A stretch of DNA of 64,000 bases from positions 1 to 64,000 of the forward strand of contig NIVC01001020.1 of assembly GCA_002269645.1 (NCBI GenBank). The letters are read 5' to 3'. Shown here in pieces: positions 1 through 11,242 of the stretch. The stretch's first letter is position 1; each line of letters begins with the position of its first letter. Under the pieces are notes generated by a model. That model did not search any database. It had not been told where the DNA came from and saw nothing but the letters and a program-made list of their open reading frames with translations. The translations under genes were made by a program, and so were the position numbers. The DNA comes from Macrostomum lignano (lineage: Eukaryota).

Positions 1-31
1 GCTTTTAATAAATGTACCGATTTTTCAGTGT

Positions 32-715
32 TCTCTCATGACCGCTTTAATTTCTCTCATGACCGCTTTAATTTCTCTCATGACCGCTTTAATTTCTCTC
101 ATGACCGTTTGATTTCTCTCATGACCGCATCAATCTATTTCATAACCGCATCAATCTCTCTCATGACAGCATCAATCTCTCTCAGAACCGCATCAATCTA
201 TTTCATAACCGCATCAATCTCTCTAATGACAGCATCAATCTCTCTCAGAACCGCATCAATCTCTCTAATGGCTGCTGCATCAATCTCTCTCATGACAGCA
301 TCAATCTCTCTCATGACAGCATCAATCTCTCTCATGACAGCATCAATCTCTCTCATGACAGCATCAATCTCTCTCAGAACCGCATCAATCTCTCTCATGA
401 CAGCATCAATCTCTCTCATGACAGCATCAATCTCTCTCAGAACCGCATCAATCTCTCTCATGACAGCATCAATCTCTCTCAGAACCGCATCAATCTCTCT
501 CATGACAGCATCAATCTCTCTCATGACAGCATCAATCTCTTTCATGACAGCATCAATCTCTCTCATGACAGCATCAATCTCTCTCAGAACCGCATCAATC
601 TCTCTCATGACAGCATCAATCTCTCTCAGAACCGCATCAATCTCTCTCATGACAGCATCAATCTCTCTCATGACAGCATCAATCTCTCTCATAGACGCAT
701 CAGTCTCTCTCAGCA
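32..715. repeat. 21-bp minisatellite (ATCAATCTCTCTCATGACAGC and variants)
   Basis: Direct tandem periodicity of 21 nt; the ORFs 28..798 and 198..749 are 7-aa repeat translations of it. Confidence 0.95.
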
Positions 716-1686
716 CCACATCAAGCTCTCGATTTTGTAGCTCATTCAAACTCTCATCACAAGCATTTCCCTTTCTATATACCTTACAGGCTAGATAGAG
801 TACAGTAAATCTTATCTACTTAAAAATGAATAACTGTACTAATAGGCAAAATGAACTGTAGTTCTTACCAAGCTTGATGAATAGAATTAGCCACTAGCAA
901 CTCATTGTACAGCCTTTATACCCTCACTAGAGTCTCGCAAAATTGATAGTCAAATCAGATAAACCGGCTTAAAACTTTCTAAATAGATTAAAAAGGCGTT
1001 GTCAAAACACCAGGGTTTTATCCGCTGTGGAAAAAAGAGTTACGAAGTTCCACTTTGTAGGCAGTTGGCAATGTACGCAGCAATGTACGGCCGCGGGTGT
1101 AAATGTTCATAAGGGACAAGGGACAAACTGGAGCTGTAAATGCTTCTATTTATAGCTCCGCACGTTCTGCTTTTTGAGGCGCTCATTTAGCGAATAAAAA
1201 GTTGCAGTTGAAATTACGATAGTAAAATGTATAGCTCTGCTTGTGTACGTTCAGCTTGCAATGTGCATTCCAATGTTTACACTTAACTTACTAGTTCATC
1301 TTTCTGTACTTGCCAGTTCATCATTATAATTTGCGTTTAACCCATTTCCTGAAAATCTAACACTTTAACAGGAATCACTACAACTACTCGCACTTCGGTA
1401 ATCAGTCGAATCTTAGCTTATGACTCTGAATCAGCCGCGGAAGAAAATAAAATGACAAGTAGGACAGGACCGAAAACTAGAACGCGACACCTTGCAGGCG
1501 TGATTTATTAAGTGTTATTAGTATTGTTTTGTGCAAGTAAAATCATGAAAAGTACATCTCAGCACTGCTTGCGTGTCAACACTAACCCATTTCGAACGAC
1601 AGCAACGAATGAAATTCTGTACGTTTTATACCCATCAAAGAAAACTAGCTGGTTTTCCTTCAGTTCTCACCGTTATGCTCGGCGGT

Positions 1687-4513
1687 TCAGGGCTTCCGAC
1701 AGGCCTGGATTTTGGCGATCGCCCTGCCAATGCCAGGCGAGAGCCACACGTTGAGCAGCCTCTGACGGAACTCGCGCTCCGGCATGCCGGTCCTGATTCG
1801 CCTTCGCCGTAATAAAAACGTTTCGACGCCCCACGTAGTCAGGGCCACAATCCCGAAAACGATGAGAAAAATGAGGGTCACTGTGGCCCCGACCAGCGCT
1901 GCGTTATTCAATGTTCGCAGCACCTTTACCACAATTTCCCCGATTCCGTTAGGCAGCATGACGAGCTGCGATCCTCGCGTCATCAGCTGAAGTGAGGCTC
2001 GTCTGCCATAAATCAGGAAGTTTACAAAGTGCTCAGTTGTTGTTGAACAGATCGTAGCTCTCAAAACCTTGGAACTCTCTGAATCTTGAATCGATCTTCT
2101 CCCAGTCCGGCTCACAGTTGTGCACAACCTTCTCAATGCTGTTGGCTGTTGCAATTCTAAGAAATCCGCGGAACTCCTTGAACCCTTTGTCCTCGCGCTC
2201 AGCTCCGAACTCGTACGTCACGCCTTGTCTGCTACACTGAGCTGAATCCCAGTCGGTGATCACAAAGTGGACATCTTTCTCAACTCCATGCACTCGGCGC
2301 TTCAGCACGATGTGATCCCACCGTCTCAGGTCCGACTTCGTCACTCCGTCTTCGAACTGCAGACTCTCGCAGCTATCTTTGATTTTTGTTAATTCGGTCC
2401 CGAACAGACTCTGCACGCCACGTAGTCCTTCGCAAGACCAGACCATCTTCAGCCCGAAGCAGAAGTCCTTGTCAGTGACCTTGCTGCCTCCTTTGCCAAC
2501 TGAGCCTTTGAAGTCATCGTCCGAGTTAAGAAATGTGCAATCCTGAATCTCATCCAGACGAGACGCACTCGGCTCGACATCCAAGCTGGGGTGCTGCACT
2601 CTGCGGATGATATCTGTGCTGCTAAAGTCCAGAGGCTCCATCCGCACTTTCCGGTATGGAGCATTGTTCTCGTAGATCCGAACTCGCACGATGTCCGAAC
2701 AGCCCGAGACCTTTTGAATGTCTCTCAGAATGGCATCGTGCGTGTAAAATCTCGCAAACTTTTGATACTTGATGTGACATTTACCGAACTCCAGCAGCTG
2801 AGCGGCTGACTCGATAGGCACACAACACTGCTCCCTGTTGCTGGCGTGCCTGATGCTGCACCAACGAGCAAAGTCTCTCGAGCTGTTCCACTGTAGATCA
2901 AACTGCCGTTCACCGATCCGCGACTTTGCTCTGGCAACCACTTGGTCAGGAGAAAAGTGAATTTCAGCAGGCACTTTGTAATCGACTTCAAAGAGTTCAT
3001 CTTCTACTTTAAAGCTTACACTCCTTTCAATGATTTCGTGCGAGTTCTCGCACGGGTTTACTCTGAATTCAGTGTACTCATACATTGCTAAGTCTAATTC
3101 ATACTCGCCAGTAGCCTCTGAAATAACTTTTGGATTTTCTAGAATGGCTGCTCTGGTGTACATCCCGCTGTCTTTCTCTTTCTTGAAGCTGACTATGCTG
3201 CCTCTCTTAAGGCAGCTTGGCTTTTTCACCCTAGTGCGGGTATCAATTGGTCGTTTTGAACCGCCTCCGTAGAGAGAACAGTTCTCTTTGACGTCATTGT
3301 GAACTACAAGTTGTGCTTCAGATTCCCTGTTACCAATGACGTACTTGATCTCCCGGTGTTCACTGACATTCTCAGCGTCATCAATGCTGTACTGCAGAGT
3401 TTCCAGTTTAATCTGCTGAGAGGAGGAGCCCAGCTGCACTCTGAGAACAGCGCGATGTGTTTTTCCTGAGCAGATTATGTCACCAGGACGAAGGTCTCTC
3501 GCTTTTACCTGCTCAATTCGGTTGCTAGTTGGTGACGCTCTTCCATTGAGCAGACTCTGCAACCAATACGTCTCATCTTCTGATTGCGAGCATGAGACCA
3601 CAATCTGCGCAACGTCTTTGCTCGATTTTGGGGACCTGAACGCCAGGTCTTTAATCACGTTTGCCTTCTCAGCGAGTCTTGCCTGATAGGTTTGAGGCAG
3701 TTGGGATCTTCTGGTCTTCAGAGCTGTGTCAGCTTTGAGTTCTTCGCCCGACTTGTTAATGCTTTGGAATTTCGAATTTTTCCAGTCTTCCTCTGCGACA
3801 AGAACTGTGAGCAAGTGCCCGGTGTCATCCAGGTCCGTGACTTTCTTCACCTCTCCGTGAATCGTGCTCCAGCCGAATTTCAAATTCATGTGGTCATTCT
3901 CCTTCACCTGGTGAATCGGATGCTGATCAGACAGGTAGATCGGAACTAGAACTGTATCCAGATGAGTAGAGTTGATCGTCTTGCACCATCTCGCGAACTG
4001 TCCCGAGTTACTCGCCATTCTGCCATAGTTCCGGTCGTTCAGTCGGCTCTCGGCTCTCTGAAGCACCACCTCGGGTGGGTAGCAGCAGCTCTTGGAGAAC
4101 AGCAGGAGTCTGCAGTAGCGACGGCCTGACAGCAGAAATTCCTCTCTCACGACAGTCTTCACCGCTCTGTGCCACCCGTAGTGAAACGCAGTGGCAACAG
4201 TCTTGTCGGCTGTTGTTGTGACTCGTTCGATCAGGATTGTGCGGGGCATGCCGTTATACCTGATCTCCAGCACGTCCGCAGGCTTCAGTTGGTGTAGGTT
4301 GTACTCTGTGATGCTCACCCAGCCTCGCTTTATGGCTTCATCATCTACCACAACATCGGCGTCGGTAGCCAAAGAAATAAACTCATTTTCGTTCAAAAAA
4401 CCGTGGTTGCACAGCAGCGACTCGAGGTCGGTTCCGAGGTTGTGCAGAACAGGTAGGACATCGCTAGCATCGAAGGCTGCGCTAGTGTGAGAGGCTGGCA
4501 GTTTGTGCTGCAT
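1687..4513 (-). pseudogene. Multi-LRAT/HRASLS-domain gene, copy 1, frameshifted at the catalytic Cys codon (or an assembly indel)
   Basis: ORF 4513..2033 ends YDLFNNN*. A second frame (ORF 1687..2154) resumes EHFVNFLIYG plus the hydrophobic tail. Versus copy 2 (AAC TGT GAG) it reads AAC TGA G, a 2-nt deletion at ~2034. Restored length is ~942 aa. Confidence 0.75.
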
Positions 4514-5884
4514 CTGTTGAGTAATAATTTATGCCGGATTTCATGCATTCGTATGGACAAAGAAATATTATAAATCGATTTTTTAGATTTAAAGGGACTT
4601 ATTGAATCGTGAAAAGTAATTTTTTTAATCCATTCCAGGAACAGTTCTACATTAACTTTCGGCAGCAAGCTTGAAGCTAAAGCAAGGCTGGTGTGAGCAG
4701 CAGGGTATTCCACAATCTCAGGTGCATACATTTGGCTGCATCTAACTTTACTGACTAACCAAAGTGTTGAATTAGCAAATCAGCAAAACAAAATCTCAAA
4801 CACAATTGCTGACAGTGCTGCTTGATTCCACTCGTATCTGATCGTGAGGGGGACACAAATATTCAAATAATAGTATTCTCGATCATATTCACGTTTTGAC
4901 TATACTATGACTTTCGATTGCAGCTTAATATAGAGTAAATATACGAGCTAAGTTAAGACTTACTGATGACAAAAATATTTGCCAAATATCCGCGTTCAAA
5001 AAAGAAGAAAAGGTGTCTTCGCTTCCGAAATTTCAGCAGTCACTTTTCCTAATCATTTCAAATTGTTTTGAATATCGTTTTTATAGTCTTAGTGGAGATT
5101 AGCTTATCAAATTACGAAATAAAAACTCACTCTCAACTCCTTGAAAAAGAAGCCTTCTTGATTTTTTTTCGAAACACGACGTCATACGAGCGTATCCAAG
5201 TACAGAAGGCGGTTTCATTTTAATTTGCTACTATTTTATCTCAGAAACTATTGATTTAACGCACCTTTGGGCGTCCGCATGACATGCTTGATAGCTGGCT
5301 TGCGGCTGAATACTTTTGCATTTATCAGTTAGCTAGCGAGATTTTAATCTCTGGTTTTAGCAATTCGGTTTTCGTTACGGTAGATTGGGTACAGTTCTCT
5401 CCACAAATGCAAATGCAGATATGAAAACAAATTGAATGTGCTCGCACCCAAGGTGGATTGAAAGGCTATTCAATGAGTTAAAAATGATTGACTTACTCAA
5501 TAATTTCAGTTAGTCAACGAACACTAACCACTGAAAAGCAGCTAAGAGCAAGCAAAGTCACGATTCTTTACAAGTAACTGCATGGCCCATGCCATGTTGT
5601 TTTATTCTGTTCTCTTCTTAAGATCATATGCATTTTGTACAATTTTCCATAACCTAACTCATTTGCTCGTTTATATTTTCTAAATAATCAGAGTGCTCTT
5701 CAATTGGCAGAGTGACATTATCAGAGTTCTTCCAGAGAGACATCGTTAGAGTGCTTAATATAGCCTGAGGCAAGATTGAAGTAGGAGTTTTCACATTTGT
5801 GTGATAGCATTTAAATACTCCTAGGGAAATCTGAGAGTCATTTTCTAAGAAATATCAGAACGACACAAAAGAAAGTATTAGAGT

Positions 5885-6668
5885 GCTCCCAGAGTGACAT
5901 TGCGGTAGAATCAGATGCTTCTAGAGTAACATTGCAGTAGAATCAGATGCTCCCAGAGTGACATTGCAGTAGAATCAGATGCTCCCAGAGTGACATTGCA
6001 GTAGAATCAGATGCTCCCAGAGTGACATTGCAGTAGAATCAGATGCTCCCAGAGTGACATTGCAGTAGAATCAGATGCTCCCAGAGTGACATTGCAGTAG
6101 AATCAGATGCTTCTAGAGTGACATTGCAGTAGAATCAGATGCTCCCAGAGTGACATTGCAGTAGAATCAGATGCTTCTAGAGTGACATTGCAGTAGAATC
6201 AGATGCTCCCAGAGTGACATTGCAGTAGAATCAGATGCTCCCAGAGTGACATTGCAGTAGAATCAGATGCTCCGAGAGTGACATTGCAGTAGAATCAGAT
6301 GCTCCCAGAGTGACATTGCAGTAGAATCAGAGTGCTCCCAGAGTGACATTTTAGTAGAATCAGATGCTCCCAGAGTGACATTGCAGTAGAATCAGAGTGC
6401 TCCCAGAGTGACATTGCAGTAGAATCAGATGCTTCTATAGTGACATTGCAGTAGAATCAGATGCTCCCAGAGTGACATTGCAGTAGAATCAGATGCTCCC
6501 AGAGTGACATTGTAGTAGAATCAGATGCTCCCAGAGTGACATTGCAGTAGAATCAGATGCTCCCAGAGTGACATTGCAGTAGAATCAGATGCTCCCAGAG
6601 TGACATTGCAGTAGAATCAGATGCTCCCAGAGTGACATTGCAGTAGACTCAGATGCTCCCAGAGTGAC
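5885..6668. repeat. 32-bp minisatellite (CAGAGTGACATTGCAGTAGAATCAGATGCTCC), ~24 copies
   Basis: Near-identical units at period 32 with no spacers. Confidence 0.95.
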
Positions 6669-7596
6669 TTGAAATATGAATGCTAAACCTTAATAAAATT
6701 TGAAATTTAAATGAATTAAATAATAGAAGAGGAAGAGATGACACCAATGGTTTGATGCGGTGCTATGCTGAATAACAAAAGTTCCACAAAGAGCAACACT
6801 CTGAGTCGAGACGTTGATGGAACAGGAAGAGCAGACAGGCAGAGAAAGCCAAGCGGATGCGCACGCACAGCTCTGCATCGCTAAAGCCTATAATAGTTAA
6901 TAAGTCTTTCCGTTTTTGTGCTCTAGATCGCAGCACAGAATATAGCCTGGATATTGCTTCACTGAACAAATAAAGACCACTCCAGATTCTGGAAAGTGCC
7001 GCAAATAAATATAAAAAATTAGATTTTCAAAATTTATTCAAGTGCACCATTTGCCTGACTAAGCAATATTGTACAATTGAATAGCAAAGATAAAGTTTCA
7101 TGGGATAGCTAAGTAAGCAGCAGCGCAAAGCAGCAAGGTACCATAGGCAAAAATTTGAAACTTTATGACTCAAAAACATAATGACACAAAAACCGATTAC
7201 CAGAACACACCGAAAAACATACGAGCTAACTTGACAATGGATAAATACTGAAAATATTAAAAATGTAAAGAATAATATCGTAATTAAAGGAAGTGGGAAA
7301 TATCAATTAGCTGATTTTTTACTTTTACCCCTTCATTCTTTTAAACTTCTTTCAAAAGCCTGATATTTAGCCCAGTTTTGATTGTCTTGACCAAATGTGA
7401 CTGAGAAATCAGTACAGGTGACTGCATGTTTAAGTGTAATAAATCCTTAAATTTCGCCATTAGAAAGCAATACGTATTAGTGCTCAATAGATCCTGGCTA
7501 ATTCTTACCTGACCCCACTAAAATAGGAGTTTGCTTATTTTCTCCATGCAAAATTGGGTGAATATTTTCTACTATATGCTCTATATGCTCTACTAT

Positions 7597-7978
7597 AGTT
7601 AGCGGAACGGCCGGAGGGAGAGAGCAAAGGCAACGATTGGAGAGCACGAGCAAAACATCCTACCGCCCTGTATGGGCAACTTACGAGACACGAGTATTTT
7701 TTGGAAAGCATTCGAAAAACTATTTAGAAAGTAAAAGTTGAAACGAAGCGAAAGGAAAAAAGAAGTTGCAAAGATTGCGAGAAAGGGGGGCTAAAAGCAG
7801 AAAAAGAACGCACGCAAGCTGGCGAGGCGGGCACAACGCACGGGGCTAAAAAGGCCCCACAGACACCCACCCCCGCCCCGGCGGCGGCGCACCCACCCCC
7901 GGGCCAAGCACCCCAAACACGGGAGACGACAAGCCCCCCCCCGGCCCCGCTAACAGCGATTGGCCAGCCAATCTACAC
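7597..7978 (+). repeat. Dispersed ~380-bp repeat, copy 1 (inverse of 22986..23381)
   Basis: Long identical blocks such as GAGCACGAGCAAAACATCCTACCGCCCTGTATGGGCAACTTACGAGAC match the reverse complement of 22986..23381. Confidence 0.9.
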
Positions 7979-7997
7979 TTGGAGCCTAGAAAAGTCT

Positions 7998-8265
7998 GGG
8001 TTGCAGCCTAGTCGTCAGAGTTGGCGGACTCACGACTTGAAGGTCGGGGGTTCGATTCCCGATTCGACTCGGAACAGTTTGTGTTTTTGAGCAAGACACT
8101 TAACTCTGCATTGCTTCAGTTCCCCCCGTGGAAAAATGGGTACCAACATTAGCTGGGGGAATTGAGGGTGTGGCGACCCCCCCCCCCCAGTCCTTGGACT
8201 GAACAGCCGTATGCAGCCTTCAGATGCTGTCGGTTGCGCATATTTGGGCGGGTGTACTCAATAGT
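7998..8265 (+). mobile_element. tRNA-derived SINE with CORE-like central domain, family 1, copy 1
   Basis: A-box-like TGCAGCCTAGTCG, B-box GGTTCGATTCC, then GAGCAAGACACTTAACTCTGCATTGCTTCAGTT...AAAATGGG resembling the MIR/CORE motif, and a (TTA)-rich tail. A second copy lies at 22681. Confidence 0.75.
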
Positions 8266-8407
8266 AGTTATTATTATAGTGAATGCATTTAGTCCAAAAA
8301 CCAAGTCTTAATAAGCAAAGCATGATACGCTGGCAAAAGTCTGTCGCAGCAATAGAATCCAGTCTGCGACCAACCTATAGCATGTAAAATATTTCAGTTC
8401 AAACAAG

Positions 8408-11242
8408 TCAGGGATTTCGGCAAGCTTTAAGATAGGCTATCGCCATTCCGGGCACTGGCGTGAGCCAAGCGTTCAGGATTCGCTGTCGAAATTCATTAAC
8501 TGGCATGCCAGTTCTGATCCGCCTCCGGTGCAGTAAAACTGTTTCCACTCCGCTGGATATAACGGCCACAACAGAAGCTACCCAACTCACAACGAAAGTA
8601 ACCCTTCCAAGCTTTGAGCCCGCAGCAAGGACCCTAGAAAATACTTCCACGAATTCTATTACCCGAGATGATATCGAGCTGATTCCACTGGGTATTCTCA
8701 CGAGGATTGTGCCTCTCGACATCAGCTGAAGAGAAGTGCGTCTGCCATAAATCAGGAAGTTTACAAAGTGCTCACAGTTGTTGTTGAACAGATCGTAGCT
8801 CTCAACACCTTGGAACTCTCTGAATCTTGCATCGATCTTCTCCCAGTCCGGCTCACAGTTGTGAACAACCTTCTCAATGCTGTTGGCTGTTGCAATTCTA
8901 AGAAATCCGTTGAACTCCTTGAACCCTTTGTCCTCGCGCTCAGCTCCGAACTCGTACGTCACGCCTTGTCTGCTACACTGAGCTGGATCCCAGTCGGTGA
9001 TCACAAAGTGGACATCTTTCTCAACTCCATGCACTCGGCGCTTCAACACGATGTGATCCCACCGTCTCAGGTCCGACTTCGTCACTCCGTCTTCGAACTG
9101 CAGACTCTCGCAGCTATCTTTGATTTTTGTTAATTCGGTCCCGAACAGACTCTGCACGCCACGTAGTCCTTCGCGAGACCAGACCGTCCTCAGCCAGAAG
9201 CAGAAGTCCTTGTCAGTGACCTTGCTGCCTCCTTTGCCAACTGAGCCTTTGAAGTCATCGTCCGAGTTAAGAAACGTGCAGTCCTGAATCTCATCCAGAC
9301 GAGACGCACTCGGCTCGACATCCAAGCTGGGGTGCTGCACTCTGCGGATGATATCTGTGCTGCTAAAGTCCAGAGGCTCCATCCGCACTTTCCGGTATGG
9401 AGCATTGTTCTCGTAGATCCGAACTCGCACGATGTCCGAACAGCCGTCTGTCCTATGCGACTCCATCAATAAGACGTCATGAGTGTACACACCAAGCGAC
9501 TTTGTGAACTTGATGTGACCTTTACCGAAATCCAGCAGCTGAGCGGCTGACTCGATAGGCACGCAACACTGCTCCCTGTTGCTGGCGTGCCTGATGCTGC
9601 ACCAACGAGCAAAGTCTTTCGAGCTGTTCCACTGTAGATCAAACTGCCGTTCACCGATCCGCGACTTCGCCCTCGAAACCACTTGGTCAGGAGGAAAGTG
9701 ACGTTCAGCAGGCACCTTGTAACTGACTTCAAAGAGTTCATCTTCTACTTTAAAGCTTACACTCCTTCGAACGATTTCGTGCGAGGTTTTCCACGGGTTT
9801 ACTCTGAATTCAGTGTACTCATACATTGCTAAGTCTAATTCATACTCGCCAGTAGCCTCTGAAATAACTTTCGGATTTTCTAGAACGACTGCTCTGGTGT
9901 ACATCCCGCTGTCTTTCTTTTTCTTGAAGCTGACTATGCTGCCTCTCTTAAGGCAGCTTGGCTTTTTCACCCTAGTATAGATATCAAATGGTCGTTTTGA
10001 ACCGCCTCCGTAGAGAGAACAGTTCTCTTTGACGTCATTGTGAACTACAAGTTTGGCTTCAGATTCCCTGTTACCAATGATGTACTTGATCTCCCGGTGT
10101 TCACTGACATTCTCAGCGTCATCAATGCTGTACTGCAGAGTTTCCAGTTTAATCTGCTGAGAAGAGGAGCCCAGCTGCACTCTGAGAACAGCGCGATGTG
10201 TTTTTCCTGAGCAGATTATGTCACCAGGACGAAGGTCTCTCGCTTTTACCTGCTCAATTCGGTTGCTATTTGGTGATGCTCTTCCATTGAGCAGACTCTG
10301 CAACCAATACGTCTCATCTTCTGATTGCGAGCATGAGACCACAATCTGCGCAACGTCTTTGCTCGACTTTGGTGACCTGAACGCCAGGTCTTTAATCACG
10401 TTTGCCTTCTCAGCGAGTCTTGCCTGATAGGTTTGAGGCAGTTGGGATCTTCTGCTCTTCAGAACTGTGTCAGCATTGAATTCTTCGCCCGACTTGTTAA
10501 TGCTTTGGACTTTAGACTTTTTCCAGTCGTCCTCTGCGACAAGAACTGTGAGCAAGTTCCCGGTGTCACCTAGGTCCTTGACTTCTTTCACCTCTCCGTG
10601 AATCGTGCTCCAGCCGAATTTCAAATTCATGTGGTCATTCTCCTTCACCTGGTGAATCGGATGCTGATCAGACAGGTAGATCGGAACTAGAACTGTATCC
10701 AGATGAGTAGAGTCGATCGTCTTACACCATCTCGCGAACTGTCCCGAGTTGCTCTGCATTCTGTCATAGTTCCGGTCGTTCAGTCGGCTCTCGGCTCTCT
10801 GAAGCACCACCTCGGATGGGTAGCAGCAGCTCTTGGAGAACAGCAGGAGTCTGCAGTAGCGACGGCCTGACAGCAGAAATTCCTCTCTCACGACAGTCTT
10901 CACCGCTCTGTGCCACCCGTAGTGAAACGCAGTGGCAACAGTCTTGTCGGCTGTTGTTGTGACTCTTTCGATCAGGATTGTGTGGGGCATGCCGTTATAC
11001 CTGATCTCCAGCACATCCGCAGGCTTCAGTTGGTGCATATTGTCGTCATCTAGCCTTACCCAGCCTCGAATTTTATCTTCATCATTTAGTTCAATTTCGG
11101 TGTCGGTGCCAGCGCCAGCTGTTCTGTTCGAGTCGCTCTGGGGTAACAATTGGATTTCGCGCTCGTCCATGACCAGATCGTCCAGCGGCTCCTCGATGTA
11201 GGCGTCTTCGCCACCCCGTAGAGCTGCCAGTTCTTGTTCCAT
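8408..11242 (-). CDS. Multi-LRAT/HRASLS (permuted NlpC/P60) repeat protein, copy 2, intact, ~944 aa, with C-terminal hydrophobic segment
   Basis: Single ORF from the ATG at 11242 (the track start 11266 is TTG). Terminal module: LRRWDHIVL..VHFVI..YDLFNNNCEHFVNFLIYG. Upstream degenerate modules end RAESRLNDRNY..NSGQFARWC, SSKDVAQI, RAKSRIGERQFDLQWNSSKDFARWC and TDKDFCFW. Confidence 0.85.
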   Translation of the reverse strand: MEQELAALRGGEDAYIEEPLDDLVMDEREIQLLPQSDSNRTAGAGTDTEIELNDEDKIRGWVRLDDDNMHQLKPADVLEIRYNGMPHTILIERVTTTADKTVATAFHYGWHRAVKTVVREEFLLSGRRYCRLLLFSKSCCYPSEVVLQRAESRLNDRNYDRMQSNSGQFARWCKTIDSTHLDTVLVPIYLSDQHPIHQVKENDHMNLKFGWSTIHGEVKEVKDLGDTGNLLTVLVAEDDWKKSKVQSINKSGEEFNADTVLKSRRSQLPQTYQARLAEKANVIKDLAFRSPKSSKDVAQIVVSCSQSEDETYWLQSLLNGRASPNSNRIEQVKARDLRPGDIICSGKTHRAVLRVQLGSSSQQIKLETLQYSIDDAENVSEHREIKYIIGNRESEAKLVVHNDVKENCSLYGGGSKRPFDIYTRVKKPSCLKRGSIVSFKKKKDSGMYTRAVVLENPKVISEATGEYELDLAMYEYTEFRVNPWKTSHEIVRRSVSFKVEDELFEVSYKVPAERHFPPDQVVSRAKSRIGERQFDLQWNSSKDFARWCSIRHASNREQCCVPIESAAQLLDFGKGHIKFTKSLGVYTHDVLLMESHRTDGCSDIVRVRIYENNAPYRKVRMEPLDFSSTDIIRRVQHPSLDVEPSASRLDEIQDCTFLNSDDDFKGSVGKGGSKVTDKDFCFWLRTVWSREGLRGVQSLFGTELTKIKDSCESLQFEDGVTKSDLRRWDHIVLKRRVHGVEKDVHFVITDWDPAQCSRQGVTYEFGAEREDKGFKEFNGFLRIATANSIEKVVHNCEPDWEKIDARFREFQGVESYDLFNNNCEHFVNFLIYGRRTSLQLMSRGTILVRIPSGISSISSRVIEFVEVFSRVLAAGSKLGRVTFVVSWVASVVAVISSGVETVLLHRRRIRTGMPVNEFRQRILNAWLTPVPGMAIAYLKACRNP

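Noticed and set aside
28-798. Long ORFs over repeats (also 26064-26746, 33066-33945, 35843-37189, 37452-38534, 53709-54388, 56232-57193, 62775-63766)
   Set aside because: All are stop-free by virtue of repeat composition and show no domain signatures.
5885-6668. 32-bp repeats (also the 25, 32, 34 and 48-bp arrays) as CRISPR arrays
   Set aside because: Units are directly adjacent with no unique spacers, there are no cas genes, and the context is eukaryotic.
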